From Octopus sinensis (lineage: Eukaryota), in contig NW_021836918.1 in the NCBI RefSeq assembly GCF_006345805.1, positions 1 to 22,363 of the forward strand: DNA of 22,363 bases, in the 5' to 3' direction. Under the pieces are notes generated by a model, which had not been told where the DNA came from, did not search any database, and saw nothing but the letters and a program-made list of their open reading frames with translations. Made by a program: the position numbers and the translations under genes. Positions 9,443-20,881 of the stretch are shown here, piece after piece (positions within the stretch are counted from its first letter, which is position 1; each line of letters opens with the position of its first letter).

Positions 9443-10316
9443 AGATATTTGTATGTTTGTGTATGTATGTATCGGATACTACGTGGAAGGCTTTGCGAGT
9501 GTCTGCTGCCCTGAGCTCTGTTTAAAAGATCCTAGCAAAGTAACACCAAATATACAGTGCGTGTGTTTTTATTGGCTAAATTGGCAAAATGACCATTCCG
9601 AAATACAACATTGTTTGTTTCAACACACGACTTCACATAAAAAATCTTGCACAACAAATATATAAACGTAAGATATTTGTATATTTTTGCGTCTATCTAT
9701 GGAGATGGAGAGAAAGAGAGAAGAAATGAAGAAAAATAGGACCGAACGAAAAGAACGACGCAAGCGCAAAGAACTTCAATGCTTCCTACGTGTTATCTTT
9801 TCTGCCCTGATTAATCAGGGAGAAGGATCAGTTTGATTTTTAAGTGAGTGGAGGTGCGATATGAACGAAGAATGTGAAGAGATGAAACGGGCAAATACAG
9901 AGCAACTCTAACATGATGGCCGATCCACAAATCAAGACATGTACACAGGTTAACAAACACGAAAGCATTAAAGGGAAACACGAAAGCATGAACAGTGTTC
10001 GAGCTCAGAGCTCAGAGCAGCAGACTCTCGCAAAGCCTTCAACGCAGGAAACCGAAGCATACATACACAAACATACGTGTTTGGAAGTCTAATGAAAATC
10101 GATACAACATGACGTTCGTTGCGGAAAAAAAAAACATAAATAAGCAACTCTGTACAACATTGAACAACCATTGGCTATCAGGCAATGGCGTTATTGTTTT
10201 AGCGTTGCTATCACATACTATATCACTGATATTTATTCAACAACAAACACAGCACACAGCCATAATATTATATTTACAATACGACAAAGAGAGCGAGAGT
10301 GCACACAGTAAGGAGT

Positions 10317-10532
10317 GTATATATATACATATATATTTACAGATATATGTATATATATATATGTATATATATTTATACATTATATTATATATATATAGAT
10401 ATTATATATATATAATATATATATTATATTTTATACATATATATATATATATATAATATAGATACACATATGTATATAGATATATATACATATGTATATA
10501 GATATATATATACATATGCATATATATATATA

Positions 10533-10589
<57 letters not shown>

Positions 10590-10710
10590 AAAGATATAAG
10601 TATATATATATACACATATATATGTTTACAGATATATATATATATTTACATATATAGCTATATATATACATATATATTTACAGATATATGTATATATATG
10701 TACGTATGTA

Positions 10711-10757
<47 letters not shown>

Positions 10758-10790
10758 TATATATATATCATACACACACATATACGTACC
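10317..10790. repeat. Long interrupted (TA)n microsatellite
   Basis: Seen directly. Confidence 0.95.
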
Positions 10791-11077
10791 TATATAACTT
10801 ACAATGATATACAATTCGTTATCCATATAAATAATAAACATTTTAATCAAATTACTATTTGTTATTATAGCTTATATATATTTAAGTTATTCATTTTTAA
10901 TTGTGTCTATTTCATTAATTAAGATACGATATCAAATCCCGTTAGGTTCCAAAGCGTCTCATTTTCATAGCAAATAATTGTTTTGCTAATGTTTTCGCTG
11001 TTTTGTTTATTGTTTCGGTTTTTTCTTTTGTTTTGTCTATTCTCAATGAATCATTCTTTATAAACAGATGTTGTCGT

Positions 11078-11541
11078 CAGTCGCGGCTGTATAGTTACAA
11101 GTTTGCACCAGCACTGTGTAGCTTTGGGTTCAATCCCACTGCAAAGTACATTGGACAAATATCTTCTATTGTCGCCCGATCAAACCAAAGCCTGGCGAAG
11201 CCTTTCGTCTCTCTATGTGTGTATATATATATGTATATATATATATATGTGTGTGTGTATGTGTGTGTGTGTGTGCGTGTGTGTGTGTATGTGTGTATAT
11301 ATACATATACACACACACAACAGTCTTCGCTAATGTAATATGTGTTTGTGCATGCATATATATTTGTGTGCGTGTGCTTGTTTGGTCACTTGACAGCCAG
11401 TGTTGGTTTGTTTGCGTTCCAGTAACTTACCGATTGGGCGTAAGGATCAACTAATAAGTGCTGGGTTCAATTCGTTCCACTAAGATACTTCAAGTTGGTG
11501 CCCCAGCATGGCCGAAGTCCAAGGATCAAAGATAAGAGAAG
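11078..11541 (+). mobile_element. SINE, family B, diverged copy with expanded internal microsatellite
   Basis: GGGTTCAATCCCACTGC head, CACTTGACAGCCAGTGTTGG middle, GGTGCCCCAGCATGGCCG tail. Confidence 0.85.
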
Positions 11542-11802
11542 ATTATTTTAACACTCTACGAAGCAATTGAAACATCAACTACGAGTCAGCAATGAAGCTT
11601 GCTTTTGGTAACTAGAAATAGCTACGAAATCCCTCTAACAACGAGTATTATCCCCATAAAAAGAGGCAGACAGTTTGGAAAATGTAGGCCTAAACATACA
11701 ACGGTTGCGGAATATCGATGTGATTGTCACGGTTAAATGTATTTCGTCAGAAATTCGGAAACACATGCCAACAAAGAACGCATTTGATTCGGGAGTCAGA
11801 AA

Positions 11803-11852
11803 ATGTCTGATGATGTAGGAGCCATGTGTGCACACGAAACTTTGAGTAATGT
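11803..11852 (+). ncRNA. Type-I hammerhead motif with intact core
   Basis: ATGT-CTGATGA-T-GT(17 nt)AC-GAAA-CT-TTG-AG-T-A-ATGT: all core nucleotides canonical, stem III ACT/AGT, GUA site. Stem I has two G-U wobbles and stem II is short. Confidence 0.55.
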
Positions 11853-12000
11853 GAGTCAGTGTCAACTTGTTATGAAATATAGATTAATATATATCGGTCT
11901 TGGTGAGCCTTTTGTATCAAAGGGAACACACTCCTCTTCTGGCTAAATGTCTACCTATACAAATATGTAAATGGATATATCAGCATATGCATAATATTTG

Positions 12001-12308
12001 TATGTATGTAAGTAAGTAGGTAAGTATGTAGGTAGGTATGTAGGTAGGTATGTAGGTAGGTAGGTAGGTAGGTAGGTAGGTAGGTAGGTAGGTAGGTAGG
12101 TAGGTAGACAGGCAGGTAGGTAGACAGGCAGGTAGGTAGGCAGGCAGGTAGGTAGGTAATCAGGTAGATGGAAGGTAGGTAGGTAGGTAGGTAGGTAAGT
12201 AGGTAGGTAGGTAGGTAGGTAGGTAGGTAGATAGGTAGGTAGGTAGGTAGGTAGGTAGGTAGGTAGGTAGGTAGGTATGTAGGTAGTAGGTAGGTAGGTA
12301 GGTAGGTA
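12001..12308. repeat. (GGTA)n tetranucleotide array with GGCA/GACA/AGTA variants
   Basis: About 300 bp of gtaggtaggtag..., seen directly. Confidence 0.97.
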
Positions 12309-12319
12309 TATAATTACTT

Positions 12320-12473
12320 ATTTCTTTATTGCCCACAGGGGGCTAAACATACAAGGGACAATCAAGGACAAAGTGATTAAGTCGTTTACATCGACCCCTC
12401 GCCCCCAGAGAACAACTGGTACTTATTTAATCGACCCTGAAGGGATGAAAGGCAAAGTCGACCACGGCGGAAT
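12320..12473 (-). mobile_element. SINE, family C, 5'-truncated
   Basis: ATCGACCCTGAAGGGATGAAAGGCAAAGTCGACCACGGCGGAAT matches the family C core. Confidence 0.85.
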
Positions 12474-12649
12474 GTAGGCACATAATTATTTCAATAGGCT
12501 GGATACCAGCAGGTGGTGAGGAAGGTGGGGGAGAATGAGACTCGATTACATTCACCTAAGAGTGGTAAACTTGTACTTATTATATATCATCGACCCTGGT
12601 TCGATTGACAGGAAATTCCAACACAGCAAAATTTGAGCTCTCAGATATA

Positions 12650-12709
12650 TGCATATGTATATCTATCTATCTATATATATATATTTAAACACACACACAC
12701 ATACACACG

Positions 12710-12788
<79 letters not shown>

Positions 12789-12934
12789 TATATATATATA
12801 CAGATAAATAAAACTTGGAAAAGGATGCGTGGCGGTCAATCATATAATAATATGAATAATGTATATATATATATATATATATATATACATAAAGACATAC
12901 GTATACGTACATATTTACATGTATTATATATATA

Positions 12935-12985
<51 letters not shown>
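12650..12985. repeat. (CA)n/(TA)n microsatellites
   Basis: Seen directly. Confidence 0.95.
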
Positions 12986-12987
<2 letters not shown>

Positions 12988-13176
12988 TATGTGGCGACAG
13001 GATCTCACAAAACGTAAACAACAAAAATACGAAGTACGAAGACATGGAATATGAACTTTTTGCAAACAACAAAAGAAACAAATGGAAGACAAGACAAGCA
13101 AGAGAATGAACCTCGTCGGTTGTCGGCGGTTTTTCTAATCCGTATTTTGAACAATTCAGGACATGTGTATATATAT

Positions 13177-13365
13177 ACTGAATCCAAACAAAGAAGAACA
13201 AACATGAAAAAACAACAACGCGAGGAAGTGATACAAGTAATAAATTATCAGACGCTCAGGAAAGCAAAGAAAGAGGATTTAACGTTTCGTGCAAAGCTCT
13301 TCTTCAGAAATTGAGGAAAGCCGAAAAGAAGGGAAGACGGAGGAAGAAAATCGCCAACGATTCAC
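13177..13365 (-). mobile_element. Hammerhead-bearing short repeat, family H2
   Basis: Same layout as H1: HHR, pyrimidine run, CTGAGCGT, T-rich tail, ending at a (TA)n patch. Confidence 0.65.
13277..13311 (-). ncRNA. Minimal type-I hammerhead motif, canonical CUGAAGA core (H2)
   Basis: ATTT-CTGAAGA-A-GAGC-TTT-GCAC-GAAA-CGT-T-AAAT: stem I ATTT/AAAT, stem II with one mismatch, palindromic ACGT stem III. Confidence 0.75.
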
Positions 13366-13836
13366 ACGTTCTTATATATAGAGAGACTCATAACAACGTA
13401 TATGAAGCATTTGCTCTATAAACATTTCTTCGGAACTCCACTAAACATTTAAATCTCTCATAAGGATTTCTCACTGCTGTCGATGTATCTTACACCTTTT
13501 AATCCTTAATTCACCGTTTTTTAATCTTAAATTTAAAATGATTTTAATCGATATATCACCCTTTATTTACTTATCCTTTTCACGTAGATTTTTACCTCAT
13601 GTAATTCTTATCTTTATTCTAAATAATATATAGTTATGTTCCTTGTCTTGCTGTAATTTTGTGTTATATGTATTTAATATGTTGGTGTATATCACAATTA
13701 TAGAGTGGTTATCTAAATTTTGTCTCTTCTTAAACCAAATTATATAATGTCTGGCGTCTCGGGTTCGACCTGAGAACTTCCAAGCAACTGTGTAAAAAAA
13801 GAAACTTTTTCGAAAGAGAACAAATAATATTTATTA

Positions 13837-13875
<39 letters not shown>

Positions 13876-14024
13876 TATATATATATTATATATATATATA
13901 AATACAGCTTGTTTCTCTGGAAATTGTCAAATGAGGTTCGAAAATCGATTCAGGTTGTTCAACATTTTTTCAGTCTCCGGAGAAATGGCTAAAATTGCTC
14001 TGCTCATAATTATACCATATGTTA

Positions 14025-14043
14025 CATATATATATATATAATA

Positions 14044-14082
<39 letters not shown>

Positions 14083-14135
14083 TTATTTATTTATTTATTA
14101 TATATATACACTATATAGATATACATAATAATATC

Positions 14136-14166
<31 letters not shown>

Positions 14167-14206
14167 TTATATATATATATATATATAGATATATATATAT
14201 ATACAT

Positions 14207-14291
<85 letters not shown>

Positions 14292-14545
14292 TACATATAT
14301 ATATGTATGTTTATATTTGCCTATACAGCTTTACGCTCGCGGCCACCAACAATATTTTTAGAAATATCATCGTTCTTTTATATATATTATATATATGAAT
14401 ATATACATATATATATACGACGACATACATATATGTACATATATATATAAATACATAGAAAAGCAGAGAGACAGAGAGACAGAGACAGACAGACAGATAG
14501 AAGACAGACAGACAGACAGACAGCAAGACAGACAGTCAGACAGGC

Positions 14546-14596
<51 letters not shown>

Positions 14597-14610
14597 GACT
14601 AGCAAACAAA
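14025..14610. repeat. (TA)n block followed by (GACA)n/(GATA)n/(GA)n
   Basis: Seen directly. Confidence 0.95.
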
Positions 14611-14962
14611 GAGACAGACATGCAAATGTAGAGACACACATCAATTTCGAACTGCATTCTTCTGGTGGTAAGAACATAGAATATCAGGCTACCATAGAAG
14701 ATGGATGCTTTCTAAAAGTTCTTTAGCGTTATTTCCTGGTGATGTCATGGTGACAGGATTAGAAAAAAGTTTCTGACATTAATTTAATTAAATTCTAAAA
14801 AAACGAACGAGTTCAATCATAAAATTTAATTTCTCAGCAATTTTATGTGTTTATGTTGTAAATTTATAAACACGCTTTGGACTTCCTTTTTTGTACTTGA
14901 TTCCTCTCTCTCTCTCTGATTTATATACACACACACACACACACCATATTATATATTATATA

Positions 14963-14997
<35 letters not shown>

Positions 14998-15034
14998 GAG
15001 GGTGTATATACGTGTGTAAGTGTGTGTGTGTATA

Positions 15035-15223
15035 TGTGTGCCTTTGCGTCTACGTTTGTCCCAACCGCCACCGCTTGACAACAAGTGTTGGTATGGTTAG
15101 TCCCCTTAACGTTGCGGTTCAGCAAAACAAATCGATAGACCTGTTTCAGAACCAAGCTTAAAAATAGTGGGGTCAATTCAGTCGACTAAAAATTCTTCGA
15201 GGCTGTGCCCCAGCATGGCCGAT
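15035..15223 (+). mobile_element. SINE, family B, 3' half
   Basis: CCACCGCTTGACAACAAGTGTTGG...GGGGTCAATTCAGTCGACTAAAA...GTGCCCCAGCATGGCCG. Confidence 0.85.
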
Positions 15224-15265
15224 ATCTACTGATATACATATATATATATACAGAGAGAGAGAGAG

Positions 15266-15385
15266 AGAATTAGACTGTACAAAAAGACAATTGACGAAGA
15301 CAGGTGTGTAAACAACAAACAGGTGTATAAATTTACCGCTCGAGAAGTCTTTTACCTTTCGAGCCTACTCTCTTCAACAGAGAGA
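15266..15385 (-). mobile_element. Family H1 copy 2 (degenerate hammerhead at 15349-15384)
   Basis: GACGAAGACAGGTGTGTAAACAACAAACAG...AAGTCTTTTACCTTTCGAGCCTACTCTCTTCAACAG; the core reads CTGTTGA on the minus strand. Confidence 0.8.
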
Positions 15386-15617
15386 GAATTTTAAAAAGCT
15401 TTAGGGGCTTGCGGTATACATATATATGTGTGTGTGTGTGTAATGAGACGGACGTGTCTCAAGCGCTGACAAAATTTTTAAATCATATGGTGAACCATGG
15501 TGAACCAACCTGTTATAAATATATGTGAGTCACATGAAATGTGTTAAGCGCAACGGTTTTTTTTTACACTAACTTCTATACTCATACATACACACACACA
15601 CACACACACATACATAC

Positions 15618-15950
15618 AAGGGTAAAGACCCCCTTCGGTCATGAATGACCATGGGATTGCACCTAGAAAGTTACCCTCCTAGACACAAGTCTGGGCAAGT
15701 TTGTTTTATGGAAGGCCAGCAGTCGCCATGCATACCAGCCTCCCCTCTCCACGCCACCAGTGTTATCCAAGGGAAAGACAAAGGTCGATACAGCTTGGCA
15801 CCAGTGACGTCGCAACTCATTTCTACAGCTGAGTGAACTGGAGCAACGTGAAATAAAGTGCCTTGCTCGAGAACACAACACGCAGCCCGGTCCGGGATTC
15901 GAGCTCACAACCTCACGATCGTAAGCTCGACGCTCTAACCACTGAGCCAT
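15618..15950 (-). mobile_element. tRNA-headed SINE, family D, nearly intact
   Basis: Minus strand: A-box TGGCTCAGTGG, B-box-like GCTCGAATCC, central GCAAGGCACTTTATTTCACGTTGCTCCAGTTCACTCAGCTGTAGAAATGAGT block, and a LINE-like tail. Confidence 0.9.
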
Positions 15951-15958
15951 AAATTTAA

Positions 15959-16175
15959 TACACATATGAGAGAGAATCCACTAAACTGGACGCCCTTACG
16001 CTAAAGAGAGATTCGCATGACTCTCAACCACTAAAATATTTTTCATTTGTCCTGCTCGCCTACGTTCATGGTGTGCTTAGTATTTCTTGAGAACAATTTT
16101 GAGTGGTTGAGACTCATGCGAATCTCTCTTTAGCGTAAGGGCGTCCAGTTTAGTGGATTCTCTCTCGTATGTGTA
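15959..16175. mobile_element. Foldback MITE with near-perfect long terminal inverted repeats
   Basis: 15961-16032 versus the reverse complement of 16102-16173 gives 70/72 identity. Pairing extends through TTAATA/TATTAA. TSD is either TA (CAC ends) or TTAA (TAC ends). Confidence 0.9.
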
Positions 16176-16299
16176 TTAATAATATTTACTGAATCTCAGT
16201 TTTTTATGCGTTAAACAACTGGTGTTAATTTGATGTTACTAAATTAATATACAATATTTTCACCCTCATTTTGACTAATATATAAATTTATATTTTTAT

Positions 16300-16699
16300 T
16301 CTTTTATGCTTTTATTTGTTGCAGTCATTTGACACTGCCTTAAATGGTTTTTAGTCGCGGAAATCGAACACAGGACTTATTTATTTGTAAGTTTAGTACT
16401 CATTCTATCGGACCCATTTACCGAGCTACTAAGTCACAGGGACGTAAATACACCAACATCGGTTGCCAAGTTATATTGAGGTGGGGCAAACATAGACCCA
16501 CACACATAAATATATATATATATATATATATACATATATATATACACGACGGGTTTCCTTCAGTGTCTATCTATCAAATCCATTCACAGGGCGTTCGTCG
16601 GCCCAAGGCTATAGTAAAACACACTTGCCCAGGGGGCCATGCACAGGGAATGAACCCGAAACCATGTGGTTGGGAAGCAAACTTCTTACCACACACCTA
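16300..16699 (-). mobile_element. SINE, family B, full length
   Basis: Reverse complement of the family B head (CCCGAAACCATGTGGTTGGGAAGCAAACTTCTTACCACAC), middle and tail. Confidence 0.9.
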
Positions 16700-16899
16700 T
16701 GTCTAGCTTGTGTATATCAACATGAAAAACAGAACTTAACATTAAATATATAAATGATAAATTAAATTATGAGGTGACGATTTCCTCGATTGCCAGAAAA
16801 AAATTCTTAGTGTATTGAAAAATAGATAAAAATGTTATGTCACCTCATCTATCATATGTACCAAGAACGCTTCAGCAGTAACGGGAGTTTGTCATTCCA

Positions 16900-16955
16900 G
16901 AATATACATATATATATATACATTATAACTATACACACACACACACACACACACA

Positions 16956-17005
<50 letters not shown>

Positions 17006-17214
17006 GTATATATGGATATAATAAAAATAGTATGCAATACGAGAGTAATGGCTTTCAAGTAAAGAATAGCCCGTGAGTAAATATCGGTACTTCGTTGTGC
17101 CATATATTTACTTCTATGTATATATGTATATATATATATATGTCTATATATATATATATAACTGTCCTATGTTTACGTTTTGTAGTATTTAACGCATTTT
17201 TCATATATATATAA

Positions 17215-17248
<34 letters not shown>

Positions 17249-17409
17249 ATAAGTATATGCATGTATGTATGTATGCCGGTGTTAATATGCACACATAAGC
17301 ATATATATATATATATACATACATATATACGTGTGTGTACATATATATTGTGTGTATATATATATGCGTATATATATGCATTTATATGTATATATGTTAT
17401 ATATGTATA

Positions 17410-17458
<49 letters not shown>

Positions 17459-17476
17459 ATAATATATATATAACCC

Positions 17477-17508
<32 letters not shown>

Positions 17509-17530
17509 TATATATACATATACATGGTAT
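16900..17530. repeat. (TA)n/(CA)n/(GT)n microsatellite-rich block
   Basis: Seen directly, with short unique interruptions. Confidence 0.9.
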
Positions 17531-17924
17531 GAGTACATATTAGCACCGGCATCAACTCAAATAATAACACCCGTTTCTCGATATAATCAGTTCTTTAATA
17601 ATTTTTCGTGAGCATGAAAGAATTTCAACACAAATTCTGTCATCTCTTCAGATGTAATAACTGTTGCAACTGTCACGGATCCATTGTATTTTGTGCTGTC
17701 AATTTTTTTGTTGTTGTGTTTTTACGTTCGTTTGTTTGTTTCCGTTTTTCTACTTCTTTATGCGATACCTATAATACCTGAGTGGATAGATTGATAGGGC
17801 TCGGTGCCGATACGCGTATTTCTGCGTACATTCGTTTACGCTACTCTGTGCGTGTATGTGTACACCGCATGCGTGTGAAATTTTAGTGCTGCTAAATAAA
17901 AGAAATACATCATTTAGCACATGT

Positions 17925-18017
17925 ATATAAGTGTGTATATATATATATACATATATTTACATATATTTATGTCTGTGTATACGTATATATATATACGTAT
18001 ACGTATATATATATATA

Positions 18018-18065
<48 letters not shown>

Positions 18066-18215
18066 CAGATATATAGGTATGTACGTATATATATATTTAT
18101 ATATTATATATATATAATATATATATATATATATAATATACTTATATACATATATATGTATGTATGTATGTATGTATGTGTGTGGTATATATATATATAA
18201 TATTATATATACATA
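17925..18215. repeat. (TA)n/(TATG)n microsatellite
   Basis: Seen directly. Confidence 0.95.
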
Positions 18216-18457
18216 CAAATGCTAGTATTCCATTTCTCAAAAAAACTGAGTTTCCAGGCTATGACTCCGGAGATCATCAGTGTTATATCCCACTTATTTT
18301 GATGTTCGAATTCCTCTGGAAGCTATTTCACACGTGTCTTCTTAAATTTCATTCATTAACGAAAAAAAAAAAAACATCCTCCCTTCAATGTTACTAATGG
18401 CGTATTTCTCGGTAACCATTTATTAGATTCAAATTCGTATTTGAAGTTGTTTTCTAG

Positions 18458-18525
18458 GTTGTCATCTTGTCTTTCAAAGAAACCTGCACGCCACCTTCGT
18501 CGTTTCATGCAAAGTTTATTCAAAT
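18458..18525 (+). CDS. Candidate internal exon (VVILSFKETCTPPSSFHAKFIQ, phase 0 to 2), product unknown
   Basis: Acceptor gttgttttctag and donor AAT|gtatgt. All three frames are open; this frame was chosen for phase match to 20012. Confidence 0.35.
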
Positions 18526-18579
18526 GTATGTTTTTTTTATGTTTGTTCTACTGTCACACATTGAAACATGCCTCTTCTG

Positions 18580-18623
<44 letters not shown>

Positions 18624-19050
18624 TATTGTATATAATCTTCAATGTTTTACTCTATTTTTTACTTCGTACAACTCTTTAATTATATTTGCGTATATATTTA
18701 CGCATAGTCACTTCCAACTCATAAATTTACTTACAGCGGACCTGCTTGTAAATGTGCGAACCTATTTTTTTTTATATACAGATATTTTCAACTGTTCTTA
18801 TTTGTATATTTCATTTCTTTATTTCCACTTCAAATCTTTGGTTAAAATATTTCTGTTTGAATACACTGCATTTGTTTCAATTAATTTTGCAAATGAAGAA
18901 TTTTGCAAAATAATTTCGTAACTTATTAAACTAAATGTGGGGAGAAAAATAAATGGAAAGATTTTGGTTTAGATCGCTCTGTAACATAAACGGACAGTTT
19001 GCGGAGTGCCTATAACGTTGATATATTTTATTACCCAAGGGTAATTCTGT

Positions 19051-19246
19051 TGGCAGAATTGATAGCACCCCGGACAAAATGCTCAGCGGAGTTTCATCAA
19101 TCTTCTTCATGTTCTGAGTTCAAATTCTGCTGAAGTCGACTTTGCCTTTCGTACGTTGTGATCGATAAAATAGGTCCCATTTGAGCACTGGAGTCGATGT
19201 AATCAATTTAAACCCCCTTCCCTCGAAATTGCTGCCCTTGTGCCAA
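19051..19246 (+). mobile_element. SINE, family C
   Basis: TGGCAGAATTGATAGCACCCCGG...GAGTTCAAATTCTGCTGAAGTCGACTTTGCCTTTC...CCCTTGTGCC. Confidence 0.9.
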
Positions 19247-19249
19247 TAA

Positions 19250-19435
19250 TATTCTGATGAAATTCACTGACTTTCTTTCAATTTTGTAAATGCAGGATTT
19301 AATAAAATAATTTTGTCGTTATTAAACTGTATTTTAAAGAGATAAATAAATAGAAGAATTTTAGCTTAAATCACTTTATTTCATAAATTCCTTATCACAG
19401 AACCCTAGGATTCTGTGAAGGACCAAAAGTGTTAA
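19250..19435. mobile_element. Possible relic of an AT-rich non-autonomous DNA transposon with a TTAA end
   Basis: Ends in CAAAAGTGTTAA (compare the piggyBac-type AGGG-TTAA end) and resembles an octopus repeat from memory only; the other end was not found. Confidence 0.25.
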
Positions 19436-20011
19436 TATGCTTTACTTTCCCGATAATTATTTTGCCTTAGTTACGTTTCTTCTTCTTTCTTAGCGTTCAC
19501 ACAAACTTTCAGCCTCCATTTTATTCCCGAAGCGTAGAATATTCCATAAAATATGTCGCCATTATTTTTAACAACATCTAATTAGCTGTAAACTTTTATT
19601 TCCTTAACTCAGACTATACTTTAATAGACTCAATTTAACTATTATGCCTATTGTACGACGATCTAATTTAATTTAGCTACTTCAAAACCTCTTCTCAACA
19701 CCGGTAAAATTATTCTCTGATATAGTGTTGCCTTTACAAATGTGGTTTAATGATTATTATTCTGTGTAATTATTTCCCTTAATCTGTCTTTATTCCATTT
19801 AATCCACGACAGGCTAAAGAAATGTAACAATATACCTATCTTATTTAAAGTATCCAGTTCCCTTTCGTACAAACTATGCGACGTATTATGACTAACATTA
19901 ATTTTACTGACCAGAAATATATTAATGGCTTCTACCGTCACCCATTTAACAGTTTATCTTTGTTTTACATTTACGTCTCCTCGAAGCTTATTTACGTGTC
20001 TGAAATTTTAG

Positions 20012-20115
20012 TACACAAGATGGTATCAGAAAGGATGCTAACGTTGTCGAAGGTGTTGGTGGGGTGAGACAGATCACCCTTAAAACAACCAGAATTTTCT
20101 ATGGCGTACACCTTG
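20012..20115 (+). CDS. Candidate internal exon (TQDGIRKDANVVEGVGGVRQITLKTTRIFYGVHL, phase 2 to 1), product unknown
   Basis: Acceptor gtctgaaattttag, donor TTG|gtgagg, open frame and raised GC. The antisense frame is also open. Confidence 0.45.
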
Positions 20116-20357
20116 GTGAGGACATTTTTTTCTGATTGATTCAAGGCCTCAAGAGACTCATGGTAACATACACACAATCATAGCACCGATGCATAAATGT
20201 ATGCGCCGGAAAGTCTCAATGCCATAAAGCTCGAGACGCGAGAAGAATTTAGTTTCAGTCGCAATAAATAAAACTGGGGGGGGGGGGGTGTGTGCGTTTC
20301 AGAAAATGAGATGAAAAAAGATTAAAAGATTGTCTCAAGCACTTCATTAGCTTGCAG

Positions 20358-20412
20358 CTGTTTCTGCTATACGATGCAGTGGACTCGTAGTTGAGTGCCT
20401 GAATAACACCTT
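20358..20412 (+). CDS. Weak candidate exon (VSAIRCSGLVVECLNNT, phase 1 to 2)
   Basis: Acceptor ttagcttgcag with weak donor CTT|gtaact. Bridges the phases of 20115 and 22205. Confidence 0.2.
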
Positions 20413-20658
20413 GTAACTTCATCGAACCCTTAAATATGAAGTGAAATTTAGCTGTAAGTTCATAAGGAAGTCGTTTACTCCTTCGTTGTCTCATTTTCTT
20501 ATCACTGCTCCGCACTCGACTTATGCTTCGTTCTGAAACGTGAGTATATTGAGTTCTACGCAAAGTTATAGTCTCGCAATGCCTAAGCGAATTATTAAAT
20601 ACCAAACACACAAATATATATATATATATATACATATTATATATATATATATAATATA

Positions 20659-20805
20659 GGGAAAGTTTACGGAAAAAAACAAAGGACGAAGACAGGTGGT
20701 GTACAAAGCAAACAGATTGTATAGTATAAGCTCAGAATAGAAAAAGTCTTTTACGTTTCGAGCCTACGCTCTTCTACAGGAAGGTACCCAGAAAAAAACA
20801 AGAGA
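20659..20805 (-). mobile_element. Family H1 copy 3 (hammerhead-like motif 20748-20783, core CUGUAGA)
   Basis: AAAGTCTTTTACGTTTCGAGCCTACGCTCTTCTACAGGAAG, homologous to 3829-4031. Confidence 0.85.
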
Positions 20806-20825
20806 TATAATATATTAATATATAT

Positions 20826-20881
<56 letters not shown>

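Noticed and set aside
12001-12308. Telomeric or interstitial telomeric repeat
   Set aside because: The unit is TAGG, not TTAGGG or TTAGG.
15870-15950. Functional tRNA gene
   Set aside because: It has A and B boxes but no proper acceptor or anticodon stems, and it continues into a SINE body; the same holds for the other SINE heads.
647-18921. Dozens of ORFs rich in YI/IY, CV/VC, HT/TH, SL or poly-V/I/L/S
   Set aside because: These are read-throughs of (TA)n, (GT)n, (CA)n, (CT)n and trinucleotide microsatellites, not genes.
20255-20635. 126-aa minus-strand ORF
   Set aside because: It starts in (TA)n, ends in a G-run, has no recognisable motif and no good donor. It is kept only as an alternative to the + strand exon model.
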